Positions 1 through 9,821 of a stretch of 64,000 bases of DNA are shown in pieces. Source of the DNA: Clostridiales bacterium UBA5448 (GTDB taxonomy: Bacteria > Bacillota > Clostridia > Oscillospirales > SIG627); contig DIRA01000027.1 in assembly GCA_002427425.1 (NCBI GenBank), forward strand, positions 6,790 to 70,789, in the 5' to 3' direction. The first letter of the stretch is position 1, and each line of letters opens with the position of its first letter. The notes beneath the pieces are model-generated. The model worked only from the letters and a program-made list of their open reading frames with translations, had not been told where the DNA came from and did not search any database. The position numbers and the translations under genes are program-made.

Positions 1-804
1 AGCATGGTCAGTTGCGGCGCATCCAAAGCCATTCAAGTGATTGACGTCCGTTTGACCGATGAATCCTATGCTTTTGCTGTGGCGGAAGGCAATGCACAGC
101 TCCAGGCCAGCTTAAATGCATACCTGAAAACGATCAAAGAAAACGGCACTTTGGATGCCATTATGAAGAAATATTTTGATAACGTAGGCACCAAAGTGGG
201 TGTTACCGCCGGCGAAGCGGATGCATCCAAAGACCAATTTGTCGTTGCCACCAACGTACCTTTTTCTCCCTTTGAATATCTGGGTGATGACAATTTGTTT
301 TACGGTATCGACATTGAAATTGCCAAAGGCTACGCCGAAAGCATCGGCAAGGAACTTGTCATAAAAAACATCATCAACTTTGATGATATCTTCACCGAAA
401 TTACCACCGGAAAAGCGGATGTGGGTATGGCTGGCATCACGTACAGCGCAGACCGTGATAAGACGTTGGATTTCACCGACACTTATTTCAATGCTTCTCA
501 GAAGCTGATTGTGTTGGAAAGCGATACCACCTTTGATAACTGCAAAACGCTGGAAGACGTGGAAAATATCCTGAAAAGCTGGAACAAAGATAAGTCCGTG
601 GGATACCAGAACGGGACCACCGGCAATCTCTATGTGGAAGGCGATACGGATTGGGGATTTGCAGGATTCCCCGTCACTTGCAAAGGCTATGACACCGCTG
701 TCATGGCTGCTCAGGATTTGATCAACGGCAACTTGGCTGCCGTGGTTGTAGACGAAGCACCTGCCGTTTATATCGTTTCCGCCATTAACGGCGTGAACAA
801 ATAA
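1..804 (+). CDS. Amino-acid ABC transporter substrate-binding protein, 5' end cut by the window edge; appears to contain the tail of one family-3 SBP domain followed by a second complete one
   Basis: The frame is open to position 1. The first ~55 aa (ESYAFAVAEGNAQLQASLNAYLKTIKENGTLDAIMKKYF) look like the C-terminal end of a periplasmic-binding domain. A new domain then starts (FVVATNVPFSPFEY...GIDIEIAKGYAESIGKEL...GKADVGMAGITYSADRDKTLDFTDTYF). It lies directly upstream of permease and ATPase genes. Confidence 0.75.
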   Translation, partial: SMVSCGASKAIQVIDVRLTDESYAFAVAEGNAQLQASLNAYLKTIKENGTLDAIMKKYFDNVGTKVGVTAGEADASKDQFVVATNVPFSPFEYLGDDNLFYGIDIEIAKGYAESIGKELVIKNIINFDDIFTEITTGKADVGMAGITYSADRDKTLDFTDTYFNASQKLIVLESDTTFDNCKTLEDVENILKSWNKDKSVGYQNGTTGNLYVEGDTDWGFAGFPVTCKGYDTAVMAAQDLINGNLAAVVVDEAPAVYIVSAINGVNK

Positions 805-894
805 GCAAATAAGGACGAAATTCAATATATACAGTATCGATACCTTGCACCCACGCGTGCAAGGTATACGATACTCAAAAAAGGATTGTAACGC

Positions 895-1656
895 ATGGGA
901 TGGGATTTAAAATGGCAGGTATTTGAGAAATCAATTTTGACAAGCAATGTACAACAACAGATTCTGACGGGTCTTTTGAATACGGTGAAAATCGCCGTAG
1001 TCGGCCTGTTAATGGGTATTGTCGTTGGTACCATCATTGCCACAGTCAATGTGATTCCCAAAAAGAAAGTCATTCCTCGCAGATTTGATTGGAAAAAAGA
1101 CTGGTATATGGTCATCGGAAGAGCCGTTCCGCGGATACTCAAATTCTTCTGCGATATATATGTGGCTTTTTTTCGCGGTGCTCCTATTGTGGTACAATTG
1201 TTGCTGGGTTACTATGTGGTGCTGCCGATGATGGGGATTCATTTGAACAGTGTGTATGTGTGTATGCTCATTTTCGGATTGAACAGCGGCGCGTATGTGG
1301 CGGAAATCATGCGTTCCGGCATCCAGGCAGTGGATCCGGGGCAGTTGGAAGCCGGTCGTGCCATGGGATTGAGTTATCCGGTTTCCATGATCAAAATCGT
1401 CATTCCTCAGGCCATAAAAAACATTCTGCCCACCTTGGGTAATGAATTTATCAGTCTGATCAAAGAGACCTCTGTGGTCAGTTTTGTAGGGGCACTGGAT
1501 TTGTATACCGCTTTTAAATTAATAGGCAGCAAGAACTATGAGCCTATGATTCCCTACATTGCCATGGCGGTGGTATATATAGGGCTGGTATTGGTCATCA
1601 CCCTGCTTGTGAAATACATGGAAAGGATGTTGAAGAAAAGTGATCGACGTAGTTAA
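895..1656 (+). CDS. Amino-acid ABC transporter permease (HisM/GlnP-type)
   Basis: Polytopic membrane protein with an EAA-loop-like segment, [30 protein letters not shown]. It is flanked by SBP and ATPase genes. Confidence 0.85.
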   Translation: MGWDLKWQVFEKSILTSNVQQQILTGLLNTVKIAVVGLLMGIVVGTIIATVNVIPKKKVIPRRFDWKKDWYMVIGRAVPRILKFFCDIYVAFFRGAPIVVQLLLGYYVVLPMMGIHLNSVYVCMLIFGLNSGAYVAEIMRSGIQAVDPGQLEAGRAMGLSYPVSMIKIVIPQAIKNILPTLGNEFISLIKETSVVSFVGALDLYTAFKLIGSKNYEPMIPYIAMAVVYIGLVLVITLLVKYMERMLKKSDRRS

Positions 1657-2383
1657 CCTCACAAAACAGTTCGGTCATTTGACTGTTCTTCATGACATAT
1701 CCTTAACCATCCACGAAGGGGAAAAAGTGGTCATTGTGGGGCCTTCCGGTAGCGGAAAATCCACATTTTTGCGATGCTTAAACTGTATGGAAGACGCCAC
1801 CGAAGGGTCTATTTTCTTTGAAGGTGAAGATATTACCAGCTATCAAGTAGACATCAACCGTCACAGACGACATATGGGTATGGTGTTTCAACAATTCAAT
1901 TTGTTTAACAACATGAAAGTCATTGATAATATCATGTTGGCACCTCTTCGCTGTGCCCCACGAAACGGACGGACCAAAAAGCAGATGAGAGCCCAGGTGC
2001 GGGAACAGGCCATGGCGTTGCTGCGGCGGGTCAATTTGGAGGAAAAAGCCGAAGCCTATCCTTCCACGTTGTCCGGTGGACAAAAACAACGTATTGCGAT
2101 TGCCAGAGCGTTGGCCATGAGTCCCAAGGTCATGCTCTTTGATGAACCTACCTCTGCCTTGGATCCCGAAATGGTGGGCGAAGTATTGCAGGTGATGAAA
2201 GATTTGGCCGATGCCAATATGACCATGGTGGTGGTCACCCATGAAATGGGATTTGCCCGGGAAGTGGGTTCCCGTATTCTGTTTATGGATCAGGGTAAAG
2301 TGACGGAAGACAAGCCGCCGAAAGAATTTTTTAACAATCCCGAAAACGAACGCCTCAAAGTCTTTCTCAGCAAAGTATTATAA
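1640..2383 (+). CDS. Amino-acid ABC transporter ATP-binding protein (GlnQ-like)
   Basis: Walker [10 protein letters not shown], signature [15 protein letters not shown], Walker [15 protein letters not shown] start overlaps the permease gene end by 17 nt. Confidence 0.9.
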   Translation: MIDVVNLTKQFGHLTVLHDISLTIHEGEKVVIVGPSGSGKSTFLRCLNCMEDATEGSIFFEGEDITSYQVDINRHRRHMGMVFQQFNLFNNMKVIDNIMLAPLRCAPRNGRTKKQMRAQVREQAMALLRRVNLEEKAEAYPSTLSGGQKQRIAIARALAMSPKVMLFDEPTSALDPEMVGEVLQVMKDLADANMTMVVVTHEMGFAREVGSRILFMDQGKVTEDKPPKEFFNNPENERLKVFLSKVL

Positions 2384-2389
2384 AACATA

Positions 2390-2454
2390 CAGACCGGAAC
2401 ATTGTTTCCGGTCTGTTTTTTCAACATGTTAGGGGCTGTTGTCAAACAGCCCCT
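2390..2454. terminator. Two adjacent hairpins between convergent genes (bidirectional terminator region)
   Basis: Stem cagaccggaa/ttccggtctg (2390-2415) followed by TTTTTT. Second stem aggggctgtt/aacagcccct (2431-2454). Confidence 0.7.
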
Positions 2455-2462
2455 TGGTTTCA

Positions 2463-4565
2463 TTATTTTGCTCTTAACGTGATGTTGATATCCAAATATT
2501 TGCCTTTCCGATAAATTTTTAACGCAATTTTGTCGTCTTCTCGGTGATCAAACACAGCGTTGCGGACTTGAAGAATACTTTTCGCTTCTTTCCCTTCGAT
2601 TTTCACGATGATATCATCTTTTTTTACACCGTCTTGTTCCGCATTGCTGCCGGCATCCACCGACTGTACTTTGATACCGTATGCCAATCCATTTTCAGCC
2701 AGCTCGGTTTTTGTCATGGCGCCAACCGTGATCCCCAAGGGAACATTGATTTTGGCAAAACAGTTTTCGGGGTACTTGGAGATATACCCATGTTTCATCA
2801 GGATATTGACGATATCCATCACGCCGTTGATGGGCAAGGAGAAACCGAGGCCTTCAAAATAAAGCTCAGCATATTTCATGGTGTTGATGCCAATGACTTG
2901 CCCCTTCATATTCAGCAAGGGACCGCCGGAGTTGCCGAAGTTCACAGCCGTATCAGTTTGAATCACCCACATGGTGCGAGTACCTTCACCCGACAGGGAG
3001 GAGGTGGTCAGTCTGCGGTTATGAGCGGAAACAATACCGCTGGTGGCGGTTCCGGCATATTCCGATCCGCCGGGTGAACCGATGGCGATGACGCTGTCGC
3101 CTGCCCGAACGGTGTCCGAATTGCCCAAGGCAATGGGAATCAGCCTGGTATCGCCGGGTTCAACTTTCAACACTGCCAAATCCGTCAATTTGTCACCGCC
3201 TACATAGGAGGCATCTAAAATGGTGTCATCATGAAGAATGACGGTGAAATCGGTGCCGCCATCCACAATGTGATAATTGGTCACAACATATCCGGTATCG
3301 GTCAGAATGAATCCTGTACCTTCTCCCGTATCCGCTTGTACGCAAACCACGGAAGGAAGGGCTGCAGCCACCACTTCCGCAGCTGTCAGTGTGTCGATAC
3401 GAACTACATCATCCGGCGCGGGGACGTTGATGTGATCTCCTTTGTATAAAGGTCTTTCGGAAGTGTCGGGAAAATTATTTTCGGTATCTTTTTCGCCGTT
3501 TTGATCGCCATTTTGGGAATCGTTATGCGAGTCGTCATGGATATACCCTTTTTCTATGCGCAGGGCGATGAAGAAATAGGCGGCAAAGGCGGTGGATACG
3601 ATGAAAGCAATGGAAACGATGATGGTGTAAATGGATAAAATCAGTTTGCCAGGGGATGCGTTTCTTTTCTTTTCCATGGCAGGGAGAGAAGCGTCGGATT
3701 GTTGCGGGGGAGGGGGCATGAGGGTAGAAAGCAGCTCGGTGGGATAAGGGAGTGCGGCACCCTTTGCGTTGACATAGTCAACCAATTTACTCGCACGGGT
3801 AAGAGATACATCCAAATCAATATCAGATATCAGGTGATAGACCAAACAAGCCAAAAAACTTTCAACGGCATGGAGAGTATTCTGGTCTTGCAAAACAGAG
3901 AGGGAAAAGGGGGTAGATACTGCCCGGGCGCAATCGTATACCAAAGACTCCCCTTGTTTCGAAAGAACCAGGATGTATTTCAAACCGGGATATTTTTCAC
4001 AAAGGGAAGTGCAGAGTTGTGCACCGGTTCCTTCCAATCCAAAGGGATTGCTTTCGTCGGCGGGGATGTGCAAAATGGTGGTTTTTTGTAAGACGGATTC
4101 GAATGTTTCCATATCCGTCATATGCTGGTACGTTTGTATGTCAAAAAACACCTCTTTATATTGCCCTTTTTCCAGCAATTGGGATAAGGTGGAAGCAGAA
4201 ATTGCTCCTCTTTGAACCAGGGGGGAACAATATAAAAGATCGGCTTGGGGTATGGCGGAAGGAAGGGGAATTTCTTCGTATGCCAAGCCTTCGGGATAAA
4301 AGAAGGCAGGCTTCCCCTCTTCCCGGGTAATCATGGCATAACCTGTGGAAGCTTCCATGGTGGCAACGTGGGTGGTATTGATTTTTAATTTGCGCATGAC
4401 ATCGATTGCCTGTTTTCCCGATAAATCATGTCCCACAGCGGATATGATTTGGGTTTCCGCCCCTAATTTTGATGCATGTGAAGCGAAATAAAAAGGAGCG
4501 CCGCCGAGTTTTTTGTCATCTTCCCAGATGTCCCATAGGATTTCTCCAAACACAAGTATTTTCAT
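2463..4565 (-). CDS. Fusion protein: N-terminal PfkB/fructokinase-like domain (degenerate active site), one TM helix, C-terminal HtrA/DegP-type trypsin-like serine protease with PDZ domain
   Basis: N-terminus is MKILVFGEILWDI...LGGAPFYFASHASKLG (PfkB signature 1). The expected DTTGAGD motif reads DQNTLHAVE. TM helix: LILSIYTIIVSIAFIVSTAFAAYFFIAL. Protease motifs: VVTNYHIV (His), DLAVLKV (Asp), GNSGGPLLN (Ser). The C-terminal part is PDZ-like. Confidence 0.8.
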   Translation of the reverse strand: MKILVFGEILWDIWEDDKKLGGAPFYFASHASKLGAETQIISAVGHDLSGKQAIDVMRKLKINTTHVATMEASTGYAMITREEGKPAFFYPEGLAYEEIPLPSAIPQADLLYCSPLVQRGAISASTLSQLLEKGQYKEVFFDIQTYQHMTDMETFESVLQKTTILHIPADESNPFGLEGTGAQLCTSLCEKYPGLKYILVLSKQGESLVYDCARAVSTPFSLSVLQDQNTLHAVESFLACLVYHLISDIDLDVSLTRASKLVDYVNAKGAALPYPTELLSTLMPPPPQQSDASLPAMEKKRNASPGKLILSIYTIIVSIAFIVSTAFAAYFFIALRIEKGYIHDDSHNDSQNGDQNGEKDTENNFPDTSERPLYKGDHINVPAPDDVVRIDTLTAAEVVAAALPSVVCVQADTGEGTGFILTDTGYVVTNYHIVDGGTDFTVILHDDTILDASYVGGDKLTDLAVLKVEPGDTRLIPIALGNSDTVRAGDSVIAIGSPGGSEYAGTATSGIVSAHNRRLTTSSLSGEGTRTMWVIQTDTAVNFGNSGGPLLNMKGQVIGINTMKYAELYFEGLGFSLPINGVMDIVNILMKHGYISKYPENCFAKINVPLGITVGAMTKTELAENGLAYGIKVQSVDAGSNAEQDGVKKDDIIVKIEGKEAKSILQVRNAVFDHREDDKIALKIYRKGKYLDINITLRAK

Positions 4566-4629
4566 AAATTTATTCCTTTATCATGGGATTTGCACACAAG
4601 TGCAAGCGTTGAAGAAGAGTAAGCAGTAT

Positions 4630-6066
4630 TCAGGATGGAGCAAAGCGCAGCGTAAAAACGAACTCACAGAACTTTCCCGGTTCGGATAGAATGGTCAGGG
4701 TTTCTTCGTGTCGGTCTAAAATGGTTTTGACAATATACAATCCCAGCCCCAATCCGGATTTATCCAATCCCCGGGAACGGTCGGATTTGAACAAGCGCTC
4801 AAAAATTTGGGGTTTGTCTTCTTCGGAAATTCCTTCCCCGGTGTTGTACAGGGAGATCAGAGCGTGGTCCTTGGCGGATTTGATGGTTAATGACAGTGTT
4901 CCTTTCGGATGGGAAAACTTCACCGCGTTGTCGCACAAATTGTATATGACCTGATAGATATTGTCTTTGTTTGCCAATACCATCATTTTTTCTTTTTCAC
5001 AGTCAAATGATACATGCAATTCTTTTTCATTGATTTTATTTTCAAAGGAAAGGAGGATAATCCGAGCCATTTCGCAGACATCAAAGGAAGATTTTTGCGG
5101 CTTTCTGTCAGCGGCCTGCATTCGTGTAATCTCCAACAATGAATGGACCAGACGGGTCAAACGACGGGTTTCTTCGGCGACGACGGATAAATAATACGTG
5201 TATTTTTCCGGGGAGATGGATCCGTTCAACATCCCATCGATAAAGCCCGAGATGGAGGTCAGGGGAGTGCGAAGATCATGAGAGATATCCGAAATAAATC
5301 CGGCGGTCTTATTTTCGTTGTTTTGCAAGGCTTCTGCCATAGAGTTGAATGCAGTCGCCAATTCCACGATTTCCGACGAACCCGAAATGGGAACACGAAC
5401 GGAAAAATCTCCGCGTGCCAAGGCATTGGCTGCGGATTGCATGGAACGAAGCGGCGCGGTGAGTTTATCACTGATGAGATATACCGCCGCCAGAGAGGCC
5501 GCCAGCATCCATAAAACCGCAATGAGGATAGAACCGTACATATGGGTCATGATACCTTCCGCATAGCTGCGGGGAGAGGTGAGCACGATAAAGAATGTGT
5601 TGGCTCCCAATTCCATGCTTTTAACATAATTTAATCGAATATCGGAAAAAGCACCGCCTAAGCTATCATAGGTACAGCCGTTTTTATACGCATACAGGGT
5701 GGACAGTGAAAAATTGCCGGAAACCGAAAAATCATCCCAACCCTGGGTACCGATGAGGAGCTTTCCTTCCGGAGAAACGATCAGAACCGCGGCGGAAGAG
5801 GTACGGGCGTATTCATTTAAAATTTTGGTGGTCAAAAGCAGGGTCTCATTTTCACCGGCATCTCGATCCGATGGCATGGCACCGGTGAGTTCATACATAT
5901 ATCGGAGGGTTTTTTCCGAAAAATCAGCCGCATTCATCAAAGCCTGTTCCTGTTGGGAAGCAGCGTAATGAGAGACACGGGCAGCCATCATCATCGACAA
6001 TAGAGCCAGTGTGATGGACATGATGATTAGAAACGTGGTCATATAACGGAAAAAGATGGTTTTCAA
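4630..6066 (-). CDS. Sensor histidine kinase (two TM helices, extracytoplasmic loop, HAMP, HisKA, HATPase); CssS-like topology
   Basis: H-box SHDLRTPLTS, N-box YNLCDNAVKF, G-box GLGLGLYIVK. TTG start preceded by GGAGG. Confidence 0.85.
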   Translation of the reverse strand: MKTIFFRYMTTFLIIMSITLALLSMMMAARVSHYAASQQEQALMNAADFSEKTLRYMYELTGAMPSDRDAGENETLLLTTKILNEYARTSSAAVLIVSPEGKLLIGTQGWDDFSVSGNFSLSTLYAYKNGCTYDSLGGAFSDIRLNYVKSMELGANTFFIVLTSPRSYAEGIMTHMYGSILIAVLWMLAASLAAVYLISDKLTAPLRSMQSAANALARGDFSVRVPISGSSEIVELATAFNSMAEALQNNENKTAGFISDISHDLRTPLTSISGFIDGMLNGSISPEKYTYYLSVVAEETRRLTRLVHSLLEITRMQAADRKPQKSSFDVCEMARIILLSFENKINEKELHVSFDCEKEKMMVLANKDNIYQVIYNLCDNAVKFSHPKGTLSLTIKSAKDHALISLYNTGEGISEEDKPQIFERLFKSDRSRGLDKSGLGLGLYIVKTILDRHEETLTILSEPGKFCEFVFTLRFAPS

Positions 6067-6088
6067 GGGTTACCTCCGACCGATACCG

Positions 6089-6775
6089 TTACTCCAATAA
6101 TTCGAATTTATATCCAACGCCCCAGACGGTTTTCAGCGTCCAGTTATCGCTGATGCCTTCCAGTTTTTCTCGTAAGCGTTTGATGTGCACATCCACGGTT
6201 CTGGTATCGCCGGCATAATCAAAACTCCAGACTTTGTCCAGCAGTTGATCGCGGGTAAATACATGATTGTAATGGGAAGCCAGAAAATATAAAAGCTCCA
6301 ATTCCTTATGGGGAATATCCACGGATTTACCTTTCAGCTTCAGCTCGTGTTTCAACAGGCTGATTTCAATTTGATCAAAATGAATCAAATCGCTGTCTTC
6401 TTGGTTGTTCTGGTGGAAGGTGCGGCGGAGTACCGCTTTGATTCTTGCTAATACTTCTTTCATATCAAAGGGTTTCACAATAAAGTCGTCGGCACCCAAT
6501 TCAAGACCTAATACCTTATCAAATACATCGCTTTTGGCTGTAATCATGATGACGGGGATATTGGAGGATTCGCGGATTTCCCTGCAAACCTGCCAACCGT
6601 CTTTTTTGGGCAGCATGATATCCAATAGAATGATGTCCGGCTCATATATACGGCATGCCGTTAAGCCCACAGAACCTTCGTGAGCGATTTTCACTTCAAA
6701 CTTTTCGTTTTCAAGATAGATTTTCAGTGCTTCACAAATGTTTTGATCGTCATCGATGATAAGTATTTTCTGCAT
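6089..6775 (-). CDS. OmpR-family response regulator (CssR-like)
   Basis: MQKILIIDDD..., receiver Asp in ILLDIMLP, winged-helix C-terminus (TVWGVGYKF). The start is moved to the ATG at 6775, which has an upstream GAAAGGAA, rather than the ORF-track start at 6829. Confidence 0.85.
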   Translation of the reverse strand: MQKILIIDDDQNICEALKIYLENEKFEVKIAHEGSVGLTACRIYEPDIILLDIMLPKKDGWQVCREIRESSNIPVIMITAKSDVFDKVLGLELGADDFIVKPFDMKEVLARIKAVLRRTFHQNNQEDSDLIHFDQIEISLLKHELKLKGKSVDIPHKELELLYFLASHYNHVFTRDQLLDKVWSFDYAGDTRTVDVHIKRLREKLEGISDNWTLKTVWGVGYKFELLE

Positions 6776-7026
6776 ATTGCGGTTCCTTTCTCGAGAGGAT
6801 GAATTATATTCATAGTATATTATGAACAAAATTTTAATTTAGATTACAATTTTCATTAAAAACAGTATTATTTCTGTGAAAATCGGAATATATAGAAAAA
6901 AAGAATATACTTCTTTCATTCTTTGTTACCATTTTATTCACACAATTATAACATATATCATACAATTCGTCAAGGAAGTTAGGTGAATTTTGAGTGACGA
7001 TTGGTGACATATTTGCTCACAAACTC

Positions 7027-7055
7027 TTGACCGTAAGAGGGATGCCGGGTATAAT
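7027..7055 (+). promoter_or_regulatory. Sigma-A type promoter candidate for ychF
   Basis: TTGACC (7027-7032), 17-nt spacer, TATAAT (7050-7055), about 30 nt upstream of the ychF start. Confidence 0.55.
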
Positions 7056-7086
7056 ACATACAATGAACTTTTTTGGAGGAACCTAC

Positions 7087-8184
7087 ATGAAGCTTGGTAT
7101 TGTGGGCTTGCCCAATGTGGGCAAAAGCACACTGTTTAATGCAATTACGGGCGCGGGAGCCCAGGCCGCCAACTATCCGTTCTGTACCATTGAACCCAAC
7201 GTAGGCGTGGTGACGGTACCGGACAAACGAATCGATGCTCTACATGATTTATATCATCCTGTGAAAACCACCCGGGCGGTGGTTGAATTTGTGGATATCG
7301 CCGGATTGGTGAAAGGGGCATCCCAGGGAGAAGGACTGGGCAATCAATTTTTGTCCCACATCCGGGAAGTGGATGCCATTATTCATGTTGTACGGTGTTT
7401 TGGCGGCAGCGATGTGGTTCATGTCCACGATGCCGTGGATCCTGTACAGGATGTCGATATCATCAACATGGAATTGATTCTATCCGATATGGAACTGGTG
7501 GATCGCCGGATTGACCGCGTCACCAAACAAATGAAAGGGGATAAGGCTCTGGCAGGAGAACTTGCCATGCTGCAAAGAATAAAAACCGCCCTGGACAACG
7601 GACAACCTGCCCGTTCTGTTCAATTGCCCGAGGATCATTCTTTGTCTGATTTGCCGCTTCTTTCAGCAAAACCCGTGATTTACGCCGCCAATATCCATGA
7701 AAATGATCTTGCTTACCATGATGAGTTGGCTTCACAAAACCCGTATTTTGCTGCTCTTTGTACCCTTGCCGCGGAGGAGGGTGCAGGGATTCTTCCCATT
7801 TGTGCCAAAGTGGAAGCGGAAATTGCAGAACTGGCTCCCGAAGAACGAAGTTTGTTTTTAGACGAAATGGGTTTACCCTGTTCCGGTCTTGACAGACTGA
7901 TTCAGGAAAGCTATTCTCTGTTGGGTTTAATCAGCTTTTTGACCGCAGGTCAACCGGAAGTCCGTGCCTGGACCATCAAGAAAGGCACCAAAGCACCCCA
8001 GGCCGCGGGCAAGATCCATTCGGATTTTGAGCGGGGGTTTATTCGCGCGGAAGTGGTTTCTTTTGATGAGCTGATGCGAACAGGTTCTTTGGCTGCTGCC
8101 AGAGAGGAAGGTTTGGTGCGCAGCGAAGGGAAAGAATATGTGATGCAGGACGGCGACGTGGTCTTGTTCCGCTTCAACGTATAA
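7087..8184 (+). CDS. ychF: Ribosome-binding ATPase YchF
   Basis: MKLGIVGLPNVGKSTLFNAIT... Obg-like G domain plus C-terminal TGS-like region (YVMQDGDVVLFRFNV). GGAGGA lies 6 nt before the ATG at 7087. Confidence 0.92.
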   Translation: MKLGIVGLPNVGKSTLFNAITGAGAQAANYPFCTIEPNVGVVTVPDKRIDALHDLYHPVKTTRAVVEFVDIAGLVKGASQGEGLGNQFLSHIREVDAIIHVVRCFGGSDVVHVHDAVDPVQDVDIINMELILSDMELVDRRIDRVTKQMKGDKALAGELAMLQRIKTALDNGQPARSVQLPEDHSLSDLPLLSAKPVIYAANIHENDLAYHDELASQNPYFAALCTLAAEEGAGILPICAKVEAEIAELAPEERSLFLDEMGLPCSGLDRLIQESYSLLGLISFLTAGQPEVRAWTIKKGTKAPQAAGKIHSDFERGFIRAEVVSFDELMRTGSLAAAREEGLVRSEGKEYVMQDGDVVLFRFNV

Positions 8185-8195
8185 TATCGGTTATT

Positions 8196-8232
8196 CATCC
8201 CTCATATTCAAAGGTATGAGGGATGTTTTTTC
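8196..8232 (+). terminator. Rho-independent terminator after ychF
   Basis: Stem catccctcata/tatgagggatg followed by a T-run. Confidence 0.75.
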
Positions 8233-8391
8233 TCACGGGGTGGAATGAAATGTAAACATTGGAATAGGATTGAAAAGAGTGCATTTGTATCGGTGCATTT
8301 TTAATAGAAAAAAATCGAATGTAAGAATCTATTGTCATTATGAGTGTTATATGATATGATAGAACTATAAACGATGAGGGGGTGAAACGTA

Positions 8392-8829
8392 TTGACCTAT
8401 ACTTGGTTAGCTCTTGCGTTGCTTTTTATTTTTGTTGAATTTGTGACGCCCCAACTGGTTTCTATTTGGGTTTCCCTTGGCAGCTTCGCGGCATTGGTAA
8501 TATCCTTGCTTGGCGGTCCTGTTTGGCTGCAAGTGGGGTTATTCCTGGTGGTGTCGGTCATCGCCATATTAACCACCCGTTCCTTGTATCGAAAATATGT
8601 AAAACAGAAAGCAGTGCCCACCAATGCAGATGCGCTGATTGAAAAAACGGCCGTGGTACTGATTGAAATCAACAATTTAGAGGCAGTCGGGCAAGTGAAA
8701 GTCAACGGGCAAATCTGGAGCGCAAAGAGTATGACGGATCATATTATACCGGAAGGTTCTTTGGTTATTGTCAAAGAAATCGTGGGTGTGAAAATGATCG
8801 TGGAAGAAATCAAACAATCAAATATATAG
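8392..8829 (+). CDS. NfeD-family membrane protein
   Basis: Two or three N-terminal TM helices plus a C-terminal OB-like soluble domain (GQVKVNGQIWSAKS...LVIVKEIVGVKMIVEE). It lies immediately upstream of an SPFH gene, which is the classic pairing. TTG start with GAGGGGG as RBS. Confidence 0.75.
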   Translation: MTYTWLALALLFIFVEFVTPQLVSIWVSLGSFAALVISLLGGPVWLQVGLFLVVSVIAILTTRSLYRKYVKQKAVPTNADALIEKTAVVLIEINNLEAVGQVKVNGQIWSAKSMTDHIIPEGSLVIVKEIVGVKMIVEEIKQSNI

Positions 8830-8847
8830 GGAAGAGGGGTATTTTAC

Positions 8848-9774
8848 ATGGAGTTAATTTTTCTGATTTTGGGCGGTCTGCTGCTGATTTTGTTTATCAG
8901 TTGCGTGAAAATCATTCCCCAGGCTTACGCATCCATCATTGAACGGTTGGGAACGTATCATATGACCTGGCAAACGGGTATGCATGTAAAGGTTCCGTTT
9001 GTTGATAGAGTAGTCAATTTCATTTCTTTAAAAGAACAGGTGGTGGATTTTCCTCCCCAGCCCGTCATCACCAAAGACAACGTCACCATGCAGATTGATA
9101 CCGTTGTGTACTATCAGGTGACCGATCCGAAACTGTATACATACGGTGTGGAACGTCCGATTCAGGCCATTGAGGTGCTGGCGGCTACGACGTTGAGAAA
9201 TATTGTCGGCGAATTGGAATTGGATCAGACATTGACTTCTCGTGATTTGATCAACAGCCGGTTGCGTGTGATTTTGGATGATGCCACCGACCCCTGGGGC
9301 ATTAAAGTCAATCGTGTGGAATTGAAAAACATTCTACCTCCCAGCAGTATCCAGGAAGCCATGGAAAAACAGATGAAGGCGGAACGGGAACGCAGAGAGC
9401 AGATTTTGCGGGCGGAAGGGGAAAAGACATCTGCCATTCTGGTGGCGGAAGGTCAAAAAGAATCTTTGATTTTGACTGCGGAAGCGGAAAAACGTTCCTT
9501 GATCTTGCGGTCGGAAGCGGAAAAGGAAGCTGCCATTCGGAGAGCCGAAGGAGAAGCGGAATCCATTTTGAAGGTACAGGAAGCCACAGCCCAAGGGTTG
9601 ATGAAATTGAATGCAAGCAATCCTACATCCGCCGTGTTGATTTTGAAAAGCTATGAAGCCTTGAAAGAAGTGGCGGACGGGAAAGCTACCAAACTCATTA
9701 TTCCCTCCGATATGCAATCCATCGCCGGAATGGCCGCCTCGTTGAAAGAAATCATCACAACCAAAGACGCATAA
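8848..9774 (+). CDS. SPFH/band-7 (stomatin/QmcA-like) protein
   Basis: N-terminal TM helix, an SPFH core (IIERLGTYH...TKDNVTMQIDTVVYYQVTDP) and a Glu/Ala-rich coiled-coil tail. Confidence 0.85.
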   Translation: MELIFLILGGLLLILFISCVKIIPQAYASIIERLGTYHMTWQTGMHVKVPFVDRVVNFISLKEQVVDFPPQPVITKDNVTMQIDTVVYYQVTDPKLYTYGVERPIQAIEVLAATTLRNIVGELELDQTLTSRDLINSRLRVILDDATDPWGIKVNRVELKNILPPSSIQEAMEKQMKAERERREQILRAEGEKTSAILVAEGQKESLILTAEAEKRSLILRSEAEKEAAIRRAEGEAESILKVQEATAQGLMKLNASNPTSAVLILKSYEALKEVADGKATKLIIPSDMQSIAGMAASLKEIITTKDA

Positions 9775-9780
9775 TATAAG

Positions 9781-9810
9781 AAGACCTGCCGTGCGGCAGG
9801 TCTTCTTTCC
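9781..9810. terminator. Hairpin between convergent genes
   Basis: aagacctgcc-gtg-cggcaggtctt followed by CTTTCC. Confidence 0.65.
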
Positions 9811-9821
9811 GCATCTATAGG

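Noticed and set aside
2463-4565. Possibility that the PfkB-HtrA ORF is really two genes.
   Set aside because: The frame is continuous for 700 codons. The junction is a plausible Pro-rich linker plus a TM helix, which is exactly what an HtrA membrane anchor requires. An assembly or sequencing artefact cannot be excluded without reads, so it is kept as a finding with that caveat.
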